From a virus (lineage: Duplodnaviria; Caudoviricetes), in IMG/VR virus record IMGVR_UViG_3300010270_000394, positions 36,982 through 100,981 of that record: a stretch of DNA of 64,000 nucleotides, one strand, 5' to 3'. The notes beneath the pieces were generated by a model. That model saw nothing but the letters and a program-made list of their open reading frames with translations. It had not been told where the DNA came from and searched no databases. The translations under genes were made by a program, and so were the position numbers. Shown in pieces: positions 18,981-30,144 of this stretch. Each line of letters begins with the position of its first letter. The first letter of the stretch is position 1.

Positions 18981-21900
18981 TTAACCGTAAAATTTCCAGA
19001 CTTCAAAACAAGCCGTTATTTCATCAATGACCGGATCAAGAATGCCGTCCGGCGCTTTGTGGTAACGCTTCATCCATGCTGCATAATCCGCGCAACGGTC
19101 AAGCGGCAATTCCGGCGTTTGTCCGTTCCTGATTCTTTCGCATGAACGCTTGATTTGTGCAAGCCGCTTTTCCGTTGTCATTGGTTGCCGCTCCTTCCTC
19201 TATGCGCCGTTTCGCGCCGTCTGTACTGCGTTTTTGAACGCTGTATAATTTTCGTCCGTTTCATCTGCTATGCGTTCTTCCGCTGCGTCAATCTCTGCAA
19301 GGATCGCTTTTGAAAGTCTCTTGCAACGTCTGATTGTTTGTCCGCTTGTCCATGAGTTGATATATACTTCGCGGATCACAAAGTTATAATGTGTTTCGTC
19401 CGGCGCAATCAATACGCAATCGCCATTGCCTAATGTGCCTTCCGCAAGCTGCTTTAACTCATATCCAGCTTGCAAACATTCATTGATCAATTCTGTCGTT
19501 CCGGCAATATCATAAATATTTGTAACGCGCCGTTTTCCGCTCAACATTTCCTTAACTGTACTTTCATATCGTTGATCAATTACTTTAATCTTTGCCATTT
19601 GTCGCGCCGTCCTTCCTCTGTTTTGTAATTGTTGTTATGTCCGTTTTGATCCTCTGTTGTGCCGCTGCTGATACACTAGCACAATATAACAACAATTACA
19701 AGTAGCTTTCGCAAATTTCTGTATTCGCCGTTTTGATGTTTTTTCCAGAATGGATTATTATTTGTAATTGTTGTTATGCGTCGAAAACTTCCAGCGCCAA
19801 AACAGACAAGCCCAACAAAAGCAAGTTGACGCAAGCCCAAATAATAGCCGTCCAGAATTCCGCGCCGGTTGTACTCTGTTCGGCTGCGCCTATATTGCCG
19901 ATCATCAGGACGAAAAACAAAGGGATCATATATCCGGCAATCGTCCGCGCCGTTTTTAAAAGTTTCATGTTGTGCCGTCCTTCCTATATCATAGCAATTA
20001 GGGAAAATTCCAGCTTGCTAATTGTTCTATATTTCGGATCGCGCCAATTTGCCAAATCTACGCGCCATTGTTTCAGAATTCCGCAAAGGATCACAACGAC
20101 TTCCGCAAGCTGCAATACGCCGTTTTCTATGTCCTCTAAATATAGGTTATATTCGCCGTTTGGATCATTGCGCTGCATGAATGCAAGCGCCTTCTGTAAT
20201 GTCTGTTTGTCCTGATTTGTCATTATCCGCGCCTCTTTTCTAGTCAATTTTCCGGCGCTTTGCCGTCCGTCCAGCGTTCAAAATGCTTGTTGTGCTGCAC
20301 AACCGCGCCATAAAGAAAACCGGCGCAATAATCCGCATTTTCGCAAAACTGAATATAACTTGATGTGAATTCTTCCGGCTTTACGTCCGGATCACGAAAA
20401 ATCAAAATTGCGCCGTCTTGCGTCTTATAAAACGCCGGATCAAAAAAGTTTGCCTTGAATGCGTCAAGATACTTTTCAATTCTTGCCGCTTCCGTTGCCG
20501 TAAATTTGCGGCTATCGTTCATAACGATCATTTATAAAACCGTCCTTCCGTCATTTTTTCAGAATGCCGCACAACCGCATTTTTCGCGCCGTCAAGCGCT
20601 TGATTTGCCGCGCCGGTATTCTGTACGCCGTCAAGCTGCAAGCCGTCCAGCGCGGCAAATTACGCCGTTCTTATGCGGTCAAATCGTCAACTTCTCTAAA
20701 GCCGTTCTTTTCTAACTGTTTCCGCAATTCGTCATAGTCGCGGCTTTTAATTTCGATCCCTTCCGTTATCATGTGTGGATCAAGTCTTGTATACGTCCGG
20801 TTGTCCGTATCGACTGCAATATATTTTCTATTTCCGTTGACGTTTCGCGCCGTCTTAAACTGCATAATCATAAAATCAACCTTCCTTCCATTCATCAAGA
20901 AATTGTTTTGTAATATCCGTTTCTTTGTATCCGTTGTTATGCGCTGCAAGCGCAATTATTTTTGATACTGTATAGCCATTTTTCCGCGCCGTTTTCATGC
21001 CGCGCAACGCAAGCGCGTTTAATTCGATTGCATGAAATAGCAACTTTTCCGCGCCGTCTTTCATTCCGTAGACTTTCGCAAGGTTGTATTGTCCGCGAAC
21101 GTTTAACAATTTTTCCATGCTGCAACCGTCCTTCCGTCAAGCTACGCCGTCTTTCCGGATCGCGTCAAGCAACTTTTCAACTTCCGATTTGACCGGATCA
21201 AGAACGGAATAATCACAACCGTATTTTGCAAGGTACTTTTTCAGTTGTTCGGAAGTCGCGCGATATTCCGCGCCGTATTCGTTTTCAAGCGCCGTATTTG
21301 CAAAATCAAGAAAAGCATTCCAAATAATAGCATTCAAAGAACGGCGCTTATAATTTGCGGCAATATCGCGCAAAATGGACTTTTTGCCGCTTCCGCGATT
21401 ATGCCTATATACAATATCAAACTGCATATAAATTTGATCGTTCAAATAGTCCGCATTCAACTTCATGTTTCCAGTATTCAAAAAGTAGCTATCCAGCGCG
21501 TTAAAAGTGTAATTCTGATTAGTCATTGCAATATGCCTTCCCTTCTTAAATATAGCCGTATTTCATCCAGCGCCGCGCAAGTTTCCGCGCGTCTTTGATC
21601 GTATCAGCGCCGCAAATTTGCACATATGCGCCGTAAAAATCGTTATAGTATAACAAGCTATACTTTGCGTTAAAACCGTTGCGCGGCTTGAGATTAAGCG
21701 CGAATTTTACGCCGTCAATTGTGAATTCTCTACTACTCATTTTTACGCCGTCCTTCCGTCCATTGCGAAACGTGCGCCAAAACTGAAATAAACGTTTTTC
21801 TTGCTAATTTCAACCGGATCAAGATATTTCAGGTTTAACCGCTGCACTTCGACTTCGCGCAATGTGTATAACTCATTTGCTATATAAATATCGCCGTTGT

Positions 21901-23237
21901 GAATTTTTAGATTTTTATATTTATTGTCCGCTTCAGGTTTAACGCGATAATATAACATTTTTAACGCCGTCCTTCCCTTTACATTTTGTTTCAAGCTGCT
22001 ATTCTGTTTTGCCGTTGTTTTGCGGTTTATCCGGCGCGGCTTGCTATCATTTCCGGCGCTATTGTACCGGCGTAACAAGCCGCGCGGATCACGTCTTGAT
22101 CAAGCTGCATTTTCGCCGGTAACTTCGGCAATAAACGCGCGGATCAATGCGGACAACTCTTCTTTTGCTTCCGTCCAGCTTGTTTTATTTTCAAGAATCT
22201 TTTCCGCGCGTTTATCGTATTTCTTGCACGTTTCATAATCCGGCTTGATATTGCCAATAGGCGCATAACCGGTACAAATGGCAACATTGTCAAAAGCGTA
22301 AACGTCATATTTCCAGCCTTCAACGCGCGTATTATACGCAACCGCTTCTTCACATTTCAAAAGAAACTGCAAGTTTGCATATCCTACTTTGATAATCTTG
22401 TTATATCCGGCGCGGATCGCTTTATCAGTCGTTTTATATTTCATTGTTTTATACCTTCCTTTTCAAATATTTGTAATTGTGGTTATGTTGCGCGGTTAAT
22501 CGGTTGTATCAACTTCGCCGGTTATCATCATTGTTTTAATTCCGGTTAATTCATTTTGCAAGTAGCGGATCGCATAACGTTCTAATTGATCAAGCTCTTT
22601 TTTAGTGTATTGCTTGAAATTGTACGCCGCGCGGCAATAATCTTTTATATAACTATAATCATAAGAGAATAAAAACCGGTTGACGTTCTCTTCGCAATAC
22701 TCATAAACTTTTTTAATTTCTTGCGACTTTGCAAAATGTTCGTTTTTGTGGTTAACGGTTGCGTTGATCGCTTTTGTTTGCCGGATCGCTTCATTAACGG
22801 CGCTGCTGCTATAAATTGCGCGTTCAATTTGCATTTTGTTTCACCTTCCTTTAGTGGTATTTTGTCAAGTCAAGTATTTGATTTTTCAGGAATTTTCTAA
22901 AAACCGTGATACAATCTTCCGGATAAAAATTTTCTTGCGTAAAGTAGTAGCTTGTTATGATCGAAAGAATACTATTATAAATTGCCGGTGGAATTGCGGC
23001 TTGCTTGCTTGCGTCTTTCTTCATTGTTTCAAGTGCCGTTTGATAGCTGATTAAAACTTCGCCGTTTTGCGGATTATCGACCTCAATAAAATTTTCGTTG
23101 CCGTAACTAATACCATGTTCAACGCCTTGATCATCATTCACAATATAGCCGATATTTTCGGGGATATAATCAATTATTGCGTATTTCTTGCCTTTTGTGA
23201 AATAGTCGGAATTTTCGATTGCTACTAAATACTTCAT
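18981..23237 (-). other. Array of about 13 small early genes (e.g. 19200-19598, 20244-20531, 21137-21526, 22100-22444, 22496-22834, 22851-23237)
   Basis: Packed ORFs, many preceded by GGAAGGACGG; downstream of the promoters at 23401-23429 and 19673-19701. Confidence 0.7.
19673..19701 (-). promoter_or_regulatory. Early sigmaA-type promoter overlapped by the 17-bp motif
   Basis: TTGTAA-17 bp-TAGTGT with extended TG; near-identical to 23401-23429. Confidence 0.65.
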
Positions 23238-23400
23238 TGCGCTGCACCTTCCTTTACTTGTTTTTGTTGTTATGGAATAGCGCTTTTTTGCTAGAAAAAA
23301 CGCTTTAGAAAAAACTGTTATCACGGCGAAGGACTGATAACTACCCGTTGTTGTACTATACGCGCCAACAACCGCGCGCCGTTGTTTTGTTGTTACTGAT

Positions 23401-23429
23401 ACACTAGCACAACATAACAAGAATTACAA
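23401..23429 (-). promoter_or_regulatory. Early sigmaA-type promoter at the head of the left arm, overlapped by the 17-bp motif
   Basis: TTGTAA-17 bp-TAGTGT with extended TG. Confidence 0.65.
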
Positions 23430-24197
23430 GTATTTTTTGCAAATTTGTTTATGAAGGAAATTAAACTATTTTGCGGAATGGATTAATTTTTGTAATTGTT
23501 GTTATTTGCTATTATATATGTATATCAATGGCGCGAAAAAGAAAACGAAAAACGATTGACAATTAACTGTTATTTTTGGGCTGGACAAATCAACAGCGCC
23601 GCACAAATAAGCGCCGCGCCGCGCTGGACAAATTGAACGCCGGAAGGCAAGTTGTTATGATCCGCGCGGCTTTTGCGGTTATTTTTGGTTGCGTTGCAGC
23701 TTGAAGCGGTTATGATCCGCGCCGTTTGTTTTGTTCGGTTTTTGTGGTTTACAGAACAAAAGCCGCTTTTGCAAGGAATTTTTGCCGCGCGTCGATCCTA
23801 TCGGAATTGATCGCGCCGCGCCTTGATCCGGTACTTGATCCGCGCCATATATGCCGGTATGGTTTACATTTTGCGCCGGTGGATTTTTCGCGCCGCGCTT
23901 AAAGTACATCTACTCAAAACATACACCAGCCCACCAATCCAGTCTCCCGCCCACCATTCTCCCGCAGCTCCACACACTCTCCCAATGCTCCCTCCCCCAT
24001 CGCCGTCCACATCGCAGAACTCCCCTCTTTCAAACCACTATCCAGATTTCATCAAACGGCAGCATCCCATGCTCCACCGTATCACTCCGCAGATCACCAG
24101 CCAACAAAATGACCTTTTACCAGCGTCTTTGTCGTGTTTGCTGTCGATGACAGACAAAACACGGGTAATTCTCCATAAGTAAAATTACAAATTTATC

Positions 24198-24226
24198 TTG
24201 ACAGCGCGAAAAAATTTTGTTATAAT
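24198..24226 (+). promoter_or_regulatory. Consensus sigmaA promoter of the right arm
   Basis: TTGACA-17 bp-TATAAT with extended TG, flanked by motif copies at 24175 and 24285. Confidence 0.9.
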
Positions 24227-24321
24227 GAGCATAGCGAAAATACCTGTGGAGTGGTTCTTTTTGTTGATTTCGCTGCCGTCGTTTATAACAAGAATTACAA
24301 CTTACTATGGAGGTAAGCACG

Positions 24322-25155
24322 ATGAATACAAATACTGCGAAGAACTATAACGAGGTTCAGGTCAATATTGCGCCGTGGTTGGAGTCCTTTATGCGGCGGC
24401 AGACGGGGGATGGGTTTGCATTTCATACCGACGACGGACAGTTCCAAATGGGGCTAAATCAAACCAGTGTCGGTAATACTGCCGCAGAGACACAACTTAA
24501 AGTTGCGCCGCCTATTATGGACGTACAGTATCAGCAGGGGCAGAAAAAGACGCATAATCCAACTGATCCTATTTACTCACTGGAAGATGTGGAGCGGTTC
24601 AAGGAATACTTTCTCAGCCGCAAGGGACATAAAAACAATAACATCCGCGACTATGCGTACTTTGTGTTCTCTCTTAATGTGTCGCGCCGTGCGGGGGATA
24701 TTCTGGCGCTCCATGTGTATGATGTTCTAAATCCGGACGGATCGTTCAAGAGCCATGTTGTGTTTGACCATGAACAGAAAACCGGCAAGAAGGCGACGGT
24801 GCTGATCAACAGCAAGGCGCGGGATGCGTTGGCGATGTATTTCAACGCTTGGGGCAACTACCGGATGTCTGATTGGCTGTTTCCGAAGTCGAATAACAAA
24901 ACAGAGCCGCAGACGGTGGACGGTATGAGAAGAATGCTCCAACGTGCGGCAGCGGCGCTTTGTGTGGATATGCACATGGGAACTCACTCGCTGCGCAAGA
25001 CAAATCCATACCACATTATCAGTCAGAGTACAGATACCGAGGACGAGGTAATGGTGTCGCAGTTCTTGAACCATAGTAATATCAAGACGACGTACCACTA
25101 TATTAACCGCAGTCAGAACGAAATGGATCAGTTCGTAGAGACGCACGGGCTGTAA
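24322..25155 (+). CDS. Tyrosine recombinase (short, catalytic-domain type)
   Basis: R (SRRAGD), K (EQKTGK), HSLR, LNHS and TTYHY; start placed after GGAGG. Confidence 0.88.
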   Translation: MNTNTAKNYNEVQVNIAPWLESFMRRQTGDGFAFHTDDGQFQMGLNQTSVGNTAAETQLKVAPPIMDVQYQQGQKKTHNPTDPIYSLEDVERFKEYFLSRKGHKNNNIRDYAYFVFSLNVSRRAGDILALHVYDVLNPDGSFKSHVVFDHEQKTGKKATVLINSKARDALAMYFNAWGNYRMSDWLFPKSNNKTEPQTVDGMRRMLQRAAAALCVDMHMGTHSLRKTNPYHIISQSTDTEDEVMVSQFLNHSNIKTTYHYINRSQNEMDQFVETHGL

Positions 25156-25166
25156 GGAGGGCGAAT

Positions 25167-25388
25167 ATGGAAATAAAGCGGTGTCCATTTTGCGGTTCGG
25201 AAGATACACACTTGGATTTTTCCGGAACTGGAAACAAACCATACATCAATGAAAAAGGATTTGTAGTAAACACGCCGTTTACCTATATTGTGATGTGTTT
25301 GGACTGCGGTGTGAGGACAATGGAGTTTTTAGAGCCGCAAATGGCGGTTAAGGCGTGGAACAGGAGAGCAGCGGCGGCAACTGCCTGA
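25167..25388 (+). CDS. Lar family restriction-alleviation Zn-ribbon protein
   Basis: KRCPFCG...CLDCG...AVKAWNRR. Confidence 0.8.
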   Translation: MEIKRCPFCGSEDTHLDFSGTGNKPYINEKGFVVNTPFTYIVMCLDCGVRTMEFLEPQMAVKAWNRRAAAATA

Positions 25389-25762
25389 CGGCAGATTGCC
25401 TTGCTGTTGTGTCCTTGCCTACGGCAAGTCCACAAAGAAATTCAATTTTTTATTATTCGTGGTGAATTTTCAGAGGTTATAAGTCAAATTTGTTGCGTTT
25501 TTGAGATTGACAAAAGTTGCTAATTTTGAAAACAGGCTGAAAAGCTCTGACAGCAGGAGTTTTTGGCGGCATTCCCCTATGTACCAAAAGCCCATAATAA
25601 GATATATATTTATTATGGCAAAAAAGTACATAGGCAAAAACCCGCAAAGCCGCATGAATAAAGGGTTTGAGGCACATCGAGCCGGAGAGCAACTTTTGTT
25701 TCAAATTTCTTGAGCTGCAAAAAATGATACTTGGCGCATACATTCATGGAGGGTTTTGACAA

Positions 25763-26548
25763 ATGAAAAAACACGTTACTTTTCGGAGCGCGGAAGCAAG
25801 TGAGTTTTACCGTGAAATCAAGAACGTCGCGGAGAATCGTCCGATTTGGTCTGTATGGTCTGACTGGATCGAGGCTTCGGCGCTGGTGATCTCCATAGCG
25901 TCGGAATTCAGACTAAACGTTCGTGCGGCGAGAGTCAAGCGGTTTCAGGAATTGCTTGATTCGTATAAAGAGAACGAGCAGATTTCGTTTGACCGAATGT
26001 TCGATTTGATGGTTGAAGCATTAGAACGTCAGCCGGAGCAGGATTTCCTTGGCACGATGTTTGAGACGCTTGGATTGAGCGATCATTGGAAAGGTCAGTT
26101 TTTCACGCCATACGATGTGTCCTATATGATGGCGACGATCAATTTGATGGATACGGATGTGGTTCTGGAACATCAGACATGGACGGATGTGTTCGATCCG
26201 TGTTCCGGCGCGGGAGTGCTACTGATCGCGTCGCGGAATTTTCTGCTGAAGAAGAAAATCGGATGTGACCGTATATTGTTTGTCGGGCAGGACATCGACA
26301 AGGTTGCAGGACTTATGGGATATATTCAGATTTCACTTCTTGGCTGCGCCGGATATATTGCCATAGGAAATTCTCTTACTGATCCGTTGACATGGAACGG
26401 AACAAGTTTGATCCCAAATGAGAATGAACACTATGAACTTTGGTTTACGCCGATGTACCGATCCCCTGTTTGGGAATATCGCCGTGCCAAAGAGTTGTTG
26501 AAATTAGAAGCGGCAAATAACAACAAATACAAAGATAACGCAGATTAG
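25763..26548 (+). CDS. N-6 DNA methylase-like protein (SAM-binding half only)
   Basis: GQFFTP, DPCSGAG, GQDID and GNSL present; no NPPY/F catalytic motif. Confidence 0.75.
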   Translation: MKKHVTFRSAEASEFYREIKNVAENRPIWSVWSDWIEASALVISIASEFRLNVRAARVKRFQELLDSYKENEQISFDRMFDLMVEALERQPEQDFLGTMFETLGLSDHWKGQFFTPYDVSYMMATINLMDTDVVLEHQTWTDVFDPCSGAGVLLIASRNFLLKKKIGCDRILFVGQDIDKVAGLMGYIQISLLGCAGYIAIGNSLTDPLTWNGTSLIPNENEHYELWFTPMYRSPVWEYRRAKELLKLEAANNNKYKDNAD

Positions 26549-26563
26549 GAGTGGTTGTAAATC

Positions 26564-26899
26564 ATGAGCAATGTTTACATCGAGCTTGATAAGGCAGTTA
26601 CGGAATGCAGGGAAATCGCGGATGAATACGGCAGTTCAAAGCGAATATCTGATAGGCAGACGTGCGCCGGAATCAATACGGCGATCAGAGTTCTTGAGAA
26701 CATTCCTGCCGCAGATGTTGTTGAGGTGATCCGATGTAGAGACTGCAAATTCAGCCGTGAGGACGGCGGTTACGAATATAACGGACAAGCGGAAACACAT
26801 CTGAATTGCGTCCATTGGTTGAGACAAAATCATGGAACTGCCGTTGTGAGAAAAGACGGTTTCTGTTCCGAGGCAAAAAGGAAGGGCGACAATGGCTGA
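26564..26899 (+). CDS. Hypothetical phage protein
   Basis: PAADVVEVIRCRDC motif common in Clostridia phages; AGGAG RBS. Confidence 0.7.
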   Translation: MSNVYIELDKAVTECREIADEYGSSKRISDRQTCAGINTAIRVLENIPAADVVEVIRCRDCKFSREDGGYEYNGQAETHLNCVHWLRQNHGTAVVRKDGFCSEAKRKGDNG

Positions 26900-27188
26900 T
26901 GGATATATTTTGAAATCGGACGTAAGGCGAGAATTAAGGCTGCGGAGGTATTTTGAAACGGCTGATCTCTTAACGGCGACGGCAGTTATTGATTATCTCC
27001 CTGACGCGGATGTGCGTGATAAGCGTGAGGTCGAAGAGCTGGTGGATGAAGCAATCCGGATTCTCAATGCGGTTAATTCCAGCGGACGTATGGATTACGG
27101 TGATTATTGCGAATTGTATGATACGATCTCGGCGATTTACGGAACGGAAAGGAGTGAGGATGTATCGGAGAAGAATTTGTCAAGCTGA
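26892..27188 (+). CDS. Hypothetical protein
   Basis: Coupled ORF with RBS. Confidence 0.65.
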   Translation: MADGYILKSDVRRELRLRRYFETADLLTATAVIDYLPDADVRDKREVEELVDEAIRILNAVNSSGRMDYGDYCELYDTISAIYGTERSEDVSEKNLSS

Positions 27189-28288
27189 AGCGAGGAACAT
27201 ATCAGGAAAGCACATTGGTTGACAAGGTTTGCTCCGAGGCGCAACGGCGCTCCTATCATAACAAGGAGAAATTTGCCAGCGGCAAGCACCAAAGTATGTT
27301 CCTCGACACGCTGGCGCGTTATTGCGACTATGAGTATGACACGGAAACCAAGAAATACACGATCACGGAAGTATTTGCTTATCCGAAGTCTCTTGCCGAT
27401 GCGAAAATCCATAAGGGCATTTACCAATATCTTGCGCCGCTCATTTTGAACGAGGTTTTGTTTGGAGATATGCACAAAGATCGCAAGGCGGTGATTACTT
27501 CGATAGATTTGGCGCATATGACAGAGATCGTGAACGGAAACTATAACAACGCGAAATTCAATCAGGATGCCATGCAGACAGATTTGGGATTTTCCAATTC
27601 CGTTTTGACAGAATATTTCAATAAGGCAGACAACCGAATCGACGACTACATACGGCAGTGTATCAAATACTTGGCAAGTATGAACTGCGTTATTTACAAC
27701 GAAATACATATGATCGGGATTATGCCGAAAACTGCCGCAATCGAAAATGGTCATGTGATTGTTGAGCCAATGCAAGTTCGAGCCGCGACGGATGACGAAA
27801 TGAAGCTCTACTCTCGACTTGTGGAAAAGGCAAGCCGGAGAGCCAAGATCATGTCTGATAAAGAAAAATGGTATGGCAAGAAAGCAGCTCGTTATAATAC
27901 GGAGCTGACACGCTTGATGAAAGAGAACAACATTCAATTTGTTTGCAGAGCGTTTGAGTTGTGGCGCGTGGACGAAAAGCGATGTAAAGACGTGATGAAA
28001 AGTTTTGCAGATAAGACGATCAGCCAACGAAAACAAGAAATCGGAACAATACTCAAGTGCATCATGGATACGAATGCTGAAAATCGGTTGGAAAAGAATC
28101 AGGCGCTTGGAAACGATTATCTGGAACAGTTCAAGAGGCTATCCGATATTACACTTTTGTATGGAGCGGAGGATGTTATGAAGTCTCTCCCCTCTGCCCG
28201 TATAAAAAATATTCAAGAAAAGATGCAGGAGCGATACGGGTTTGAAGTCGAATACGCAACAGGAGGAAAAGATAGTGAAACTGAGTGA
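27164..28288 (+). CDS. Hypothetical protein (possibly replication-related); possible ATC start
   Basis: Long ORF upstream of the helicase; AAGGAG precedes an in-frame ATC at 27164 (track start 27215). Confidence 0.7.
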   Translation: MGEEFVKLKRGTYQESTLVDKVCSEAQRRSYHNKEKFASGKHQSMFLDTLARYCDYEYDTETKKYTITEVFAYPKSLADAKIHKGIYQYLAPLILNEVLFGDMHKDRKAVITSIDLAHMTEIVNGNYNNAKFNQDAMQTDLGFSNSVLTEYFNKADNRIDDYIRQCIKYLASMNCVIYNEIHMIGIMPKTAAIENGHVIVEPMQVRAATDDEMKLYSRLVEKASRRAKIMSDKEKWYGKKAARYNTELTRLMKENNIQFVCRAFELWRVDEKRCKDVMKSFADKTISQRKQEIGTILKCIMDTNAENRLEKNQALGNDYLEQFKRLSDITLLYGAEDVMKSLPSARIKNIQEKMQERYGFEVEYATGGKDSETE

Positions 28289-30074
28289 AGTACAAAAAGA
28301 GGCGGTGGATTTTTACGAAGGGTGCTGTAATGTCATCGCTTCTGCCGGTTCTGGAAAAACAAGAGTGCTGGTCAATCGTATCGTCAACCTGATCGAGAAG
28401 TATGATGTTGAGCCAAATCATATTCTGGCAATTACGTTCAGCAAGAAAGCCAAGGAGAATATGGAGGAACGTCTAAATAAAATGATTCCGGATTATGCCG
28501 GACATTTGAACATTGAGACGTTTCACTCTTTCGGATTCAGAATTATCAGGCAGTTTGAGCGCGAGGAATATGAGATTTTGGATCAGGATTGGAAAAAGGT
28601 CAAGATCATTGAGGAAATCTTGAGTCAAAGATTTCGGATCAAAGAGCCTGACGGTCAGGAAATCGCGGAAATCCTGCACTTTATTTCCGTACAGAAAAAT
28701 CAGATGATTGCGCCGGATCATACGAGGCTTGGCAAAATCTATCGGCAGTACGAGGAATACAAGCAGACGAAATATCTGCTGGATTTCGATGATATGCTGA
28801 CGAAATGCTATGAAATCCTGCAAAATAATTCAAAAGCGCTAAACTATTGTCAGGAAAAATATCAATTTATTCTTGCGGATGAAATGCAGGATACGAACGC
28901 AGTGCAGTATGCGATCCTGCGGATGATCGGAGAAAAGTATAAAAACGTTTTTGTTGTTGATGATCCGCTTCAGAACATTTTTATGTGGAGAGGCAGCGAC
29001 AATAAGTATGTTTTGGAATTTGACGACGATTGGCAGGGCGCAAAGACGATACAGCTCAACAAGAACTACCGGAGCAGCAAGGATATTGTGGATGCGGCGA
29101 ATCGGTTCGCGCGGTGTATTCCGGAGTCACAGCACAAGCATTATATTGAGAGCGTCGCGGACAAGGGAGAATTTGAACAGCCGCATTTTCAAAAGTATTA
29201 TGACGAGACGGAAGAGGCAAACGAGATCACAAACATGATCAAGGTTTATGCCGCAGACGGATACGACTACAAGGATATTGCGGTGCTGACGAGGACGAAC
29301 GCGCAGCTACAATACTTTGAGACTGCCATGTATCGCGGCGAAGTTCCCTATACGGTCGTGGACGGCGTTTCGTTTTTGGATCGACGAGAGGTTAAGATTG
29401 TACTGTGTTATCTGAGACTGCTCATGGACATTAACGATGATGAAGCGTTTGAGTACATTTACAACCGACCGAACCGCTGGTTAGGTTCGGCGTTTTTGCA
29501 GGAGTGTAAAAGAATAGCGAGAAAAGAAAAGATTTCCCTATACTGTGCTATGTTCAAGATCAGCAAGACGAACTGGAAGTATCGAAACGGCGTTAATTCG
29601 ATCTACACGGCAATCAAACAAGTGAGCGATATAGATTATAAGAGCGTCACAGAATTGATCAAGGGCTTGAGAGAATGTCTGAACTTGGACTCGTATGTTT
29701 CCAAGGATTTGTGCGACGACGATGACAGTCGCATTGAGAACTTGAATACGCTTGAGCGTATGGCTTCCAATTATGACGACGCAAAACGGTTTTTGTCGTT
29801 CATGACGCGGTTCGGAAAAGAAAAGAAAAATGATCCAAATTCCGTGCAGCTCATGACGATCCACAAGGCAAAGGGATTGGAATTTCCAATTGTGTTTGTT
29901 GCAGGAGTGAACGACGGTGTACTCCCTCATCGAAAAAACGAAAATGTGGACGAGGAAAAGCGGTTGATGTATGTCGCCATGACGAGAGCCGAAAAGATTT
30001 TGAACATTTCTTCTACGCAGAGATTCGGCGGCGACGAGGTAAAGCAGAGCGAATTCATTCAAAATATTTTCTGA
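28275..30074 (+). CDS. UvrD/PcrA-like SF1A helicase
   Basis: ASAGSGKT, DEMQD, NYRS, TIHKAKGLEF and EEKRLMYVAMTRA motifs. Confidence 0.95.
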   Translation: MKLSEVQKEAVDFYEGCCNVIASAGSGKTRVLVNRIVNLIEKYDVEPNHILAITFSKKAKENMEERLNKMIPDYAGHLNIETFHSFGFRIIRQFEREEYEILDQDWKKVKIIEEILSQRFRIKEPDGQEIAEILHFISVQKNQMIAPDHTRLGKIYRQYEEYKQTKYLLDFDDMLTKCYEILQNNSKALNYCQEKYQFILADEMQDTNAVQYAILRMIGEKYKNVFVVDDPLQNIFMWRGSDNKYVLEFDDDWQGAKTIQLNKNYRSSKDIVDAANRFARCIPESQHKHYIESVADKGEFEQPHFQKYYDETEEANEITNMIKVYAADGYDYKDIAVLTRTNAQLQYFETAMYRGEVPYTVVDGVSFLDRREVKIVLCYLRLLMDINDDEAFEYIYNRPNRWLGSAFLQECKRIARKEKISLYCAMFKISKTNWKYRNGVNSIYTAIKQVSDIDYKSVTELIKGLRECLNLDSYVSKDLCDDDDSRIENLNTLERMASNYDDAKRFLSFMTRFGKEKKNDPNSVQLMTIHKAKGLEFPIVFVAGVNDGVLPHRKNENVDEEKRLMYVAMTRAEKILNISSTQRFGGDEVKQSEFIQNIF

Positions 30075-30144
30075 TTTTGCATCATCATAAGTCGAATTAC
30101 AAGTAAAAGGAGGAATTCTATGACAGATAGGAGAAGATGCTTAT

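Noticed and set aside
23679-24320. ORFs in the divergence region
   Set aside because: Low-complexity translations without RBSs, overlapping regulatory sequence.
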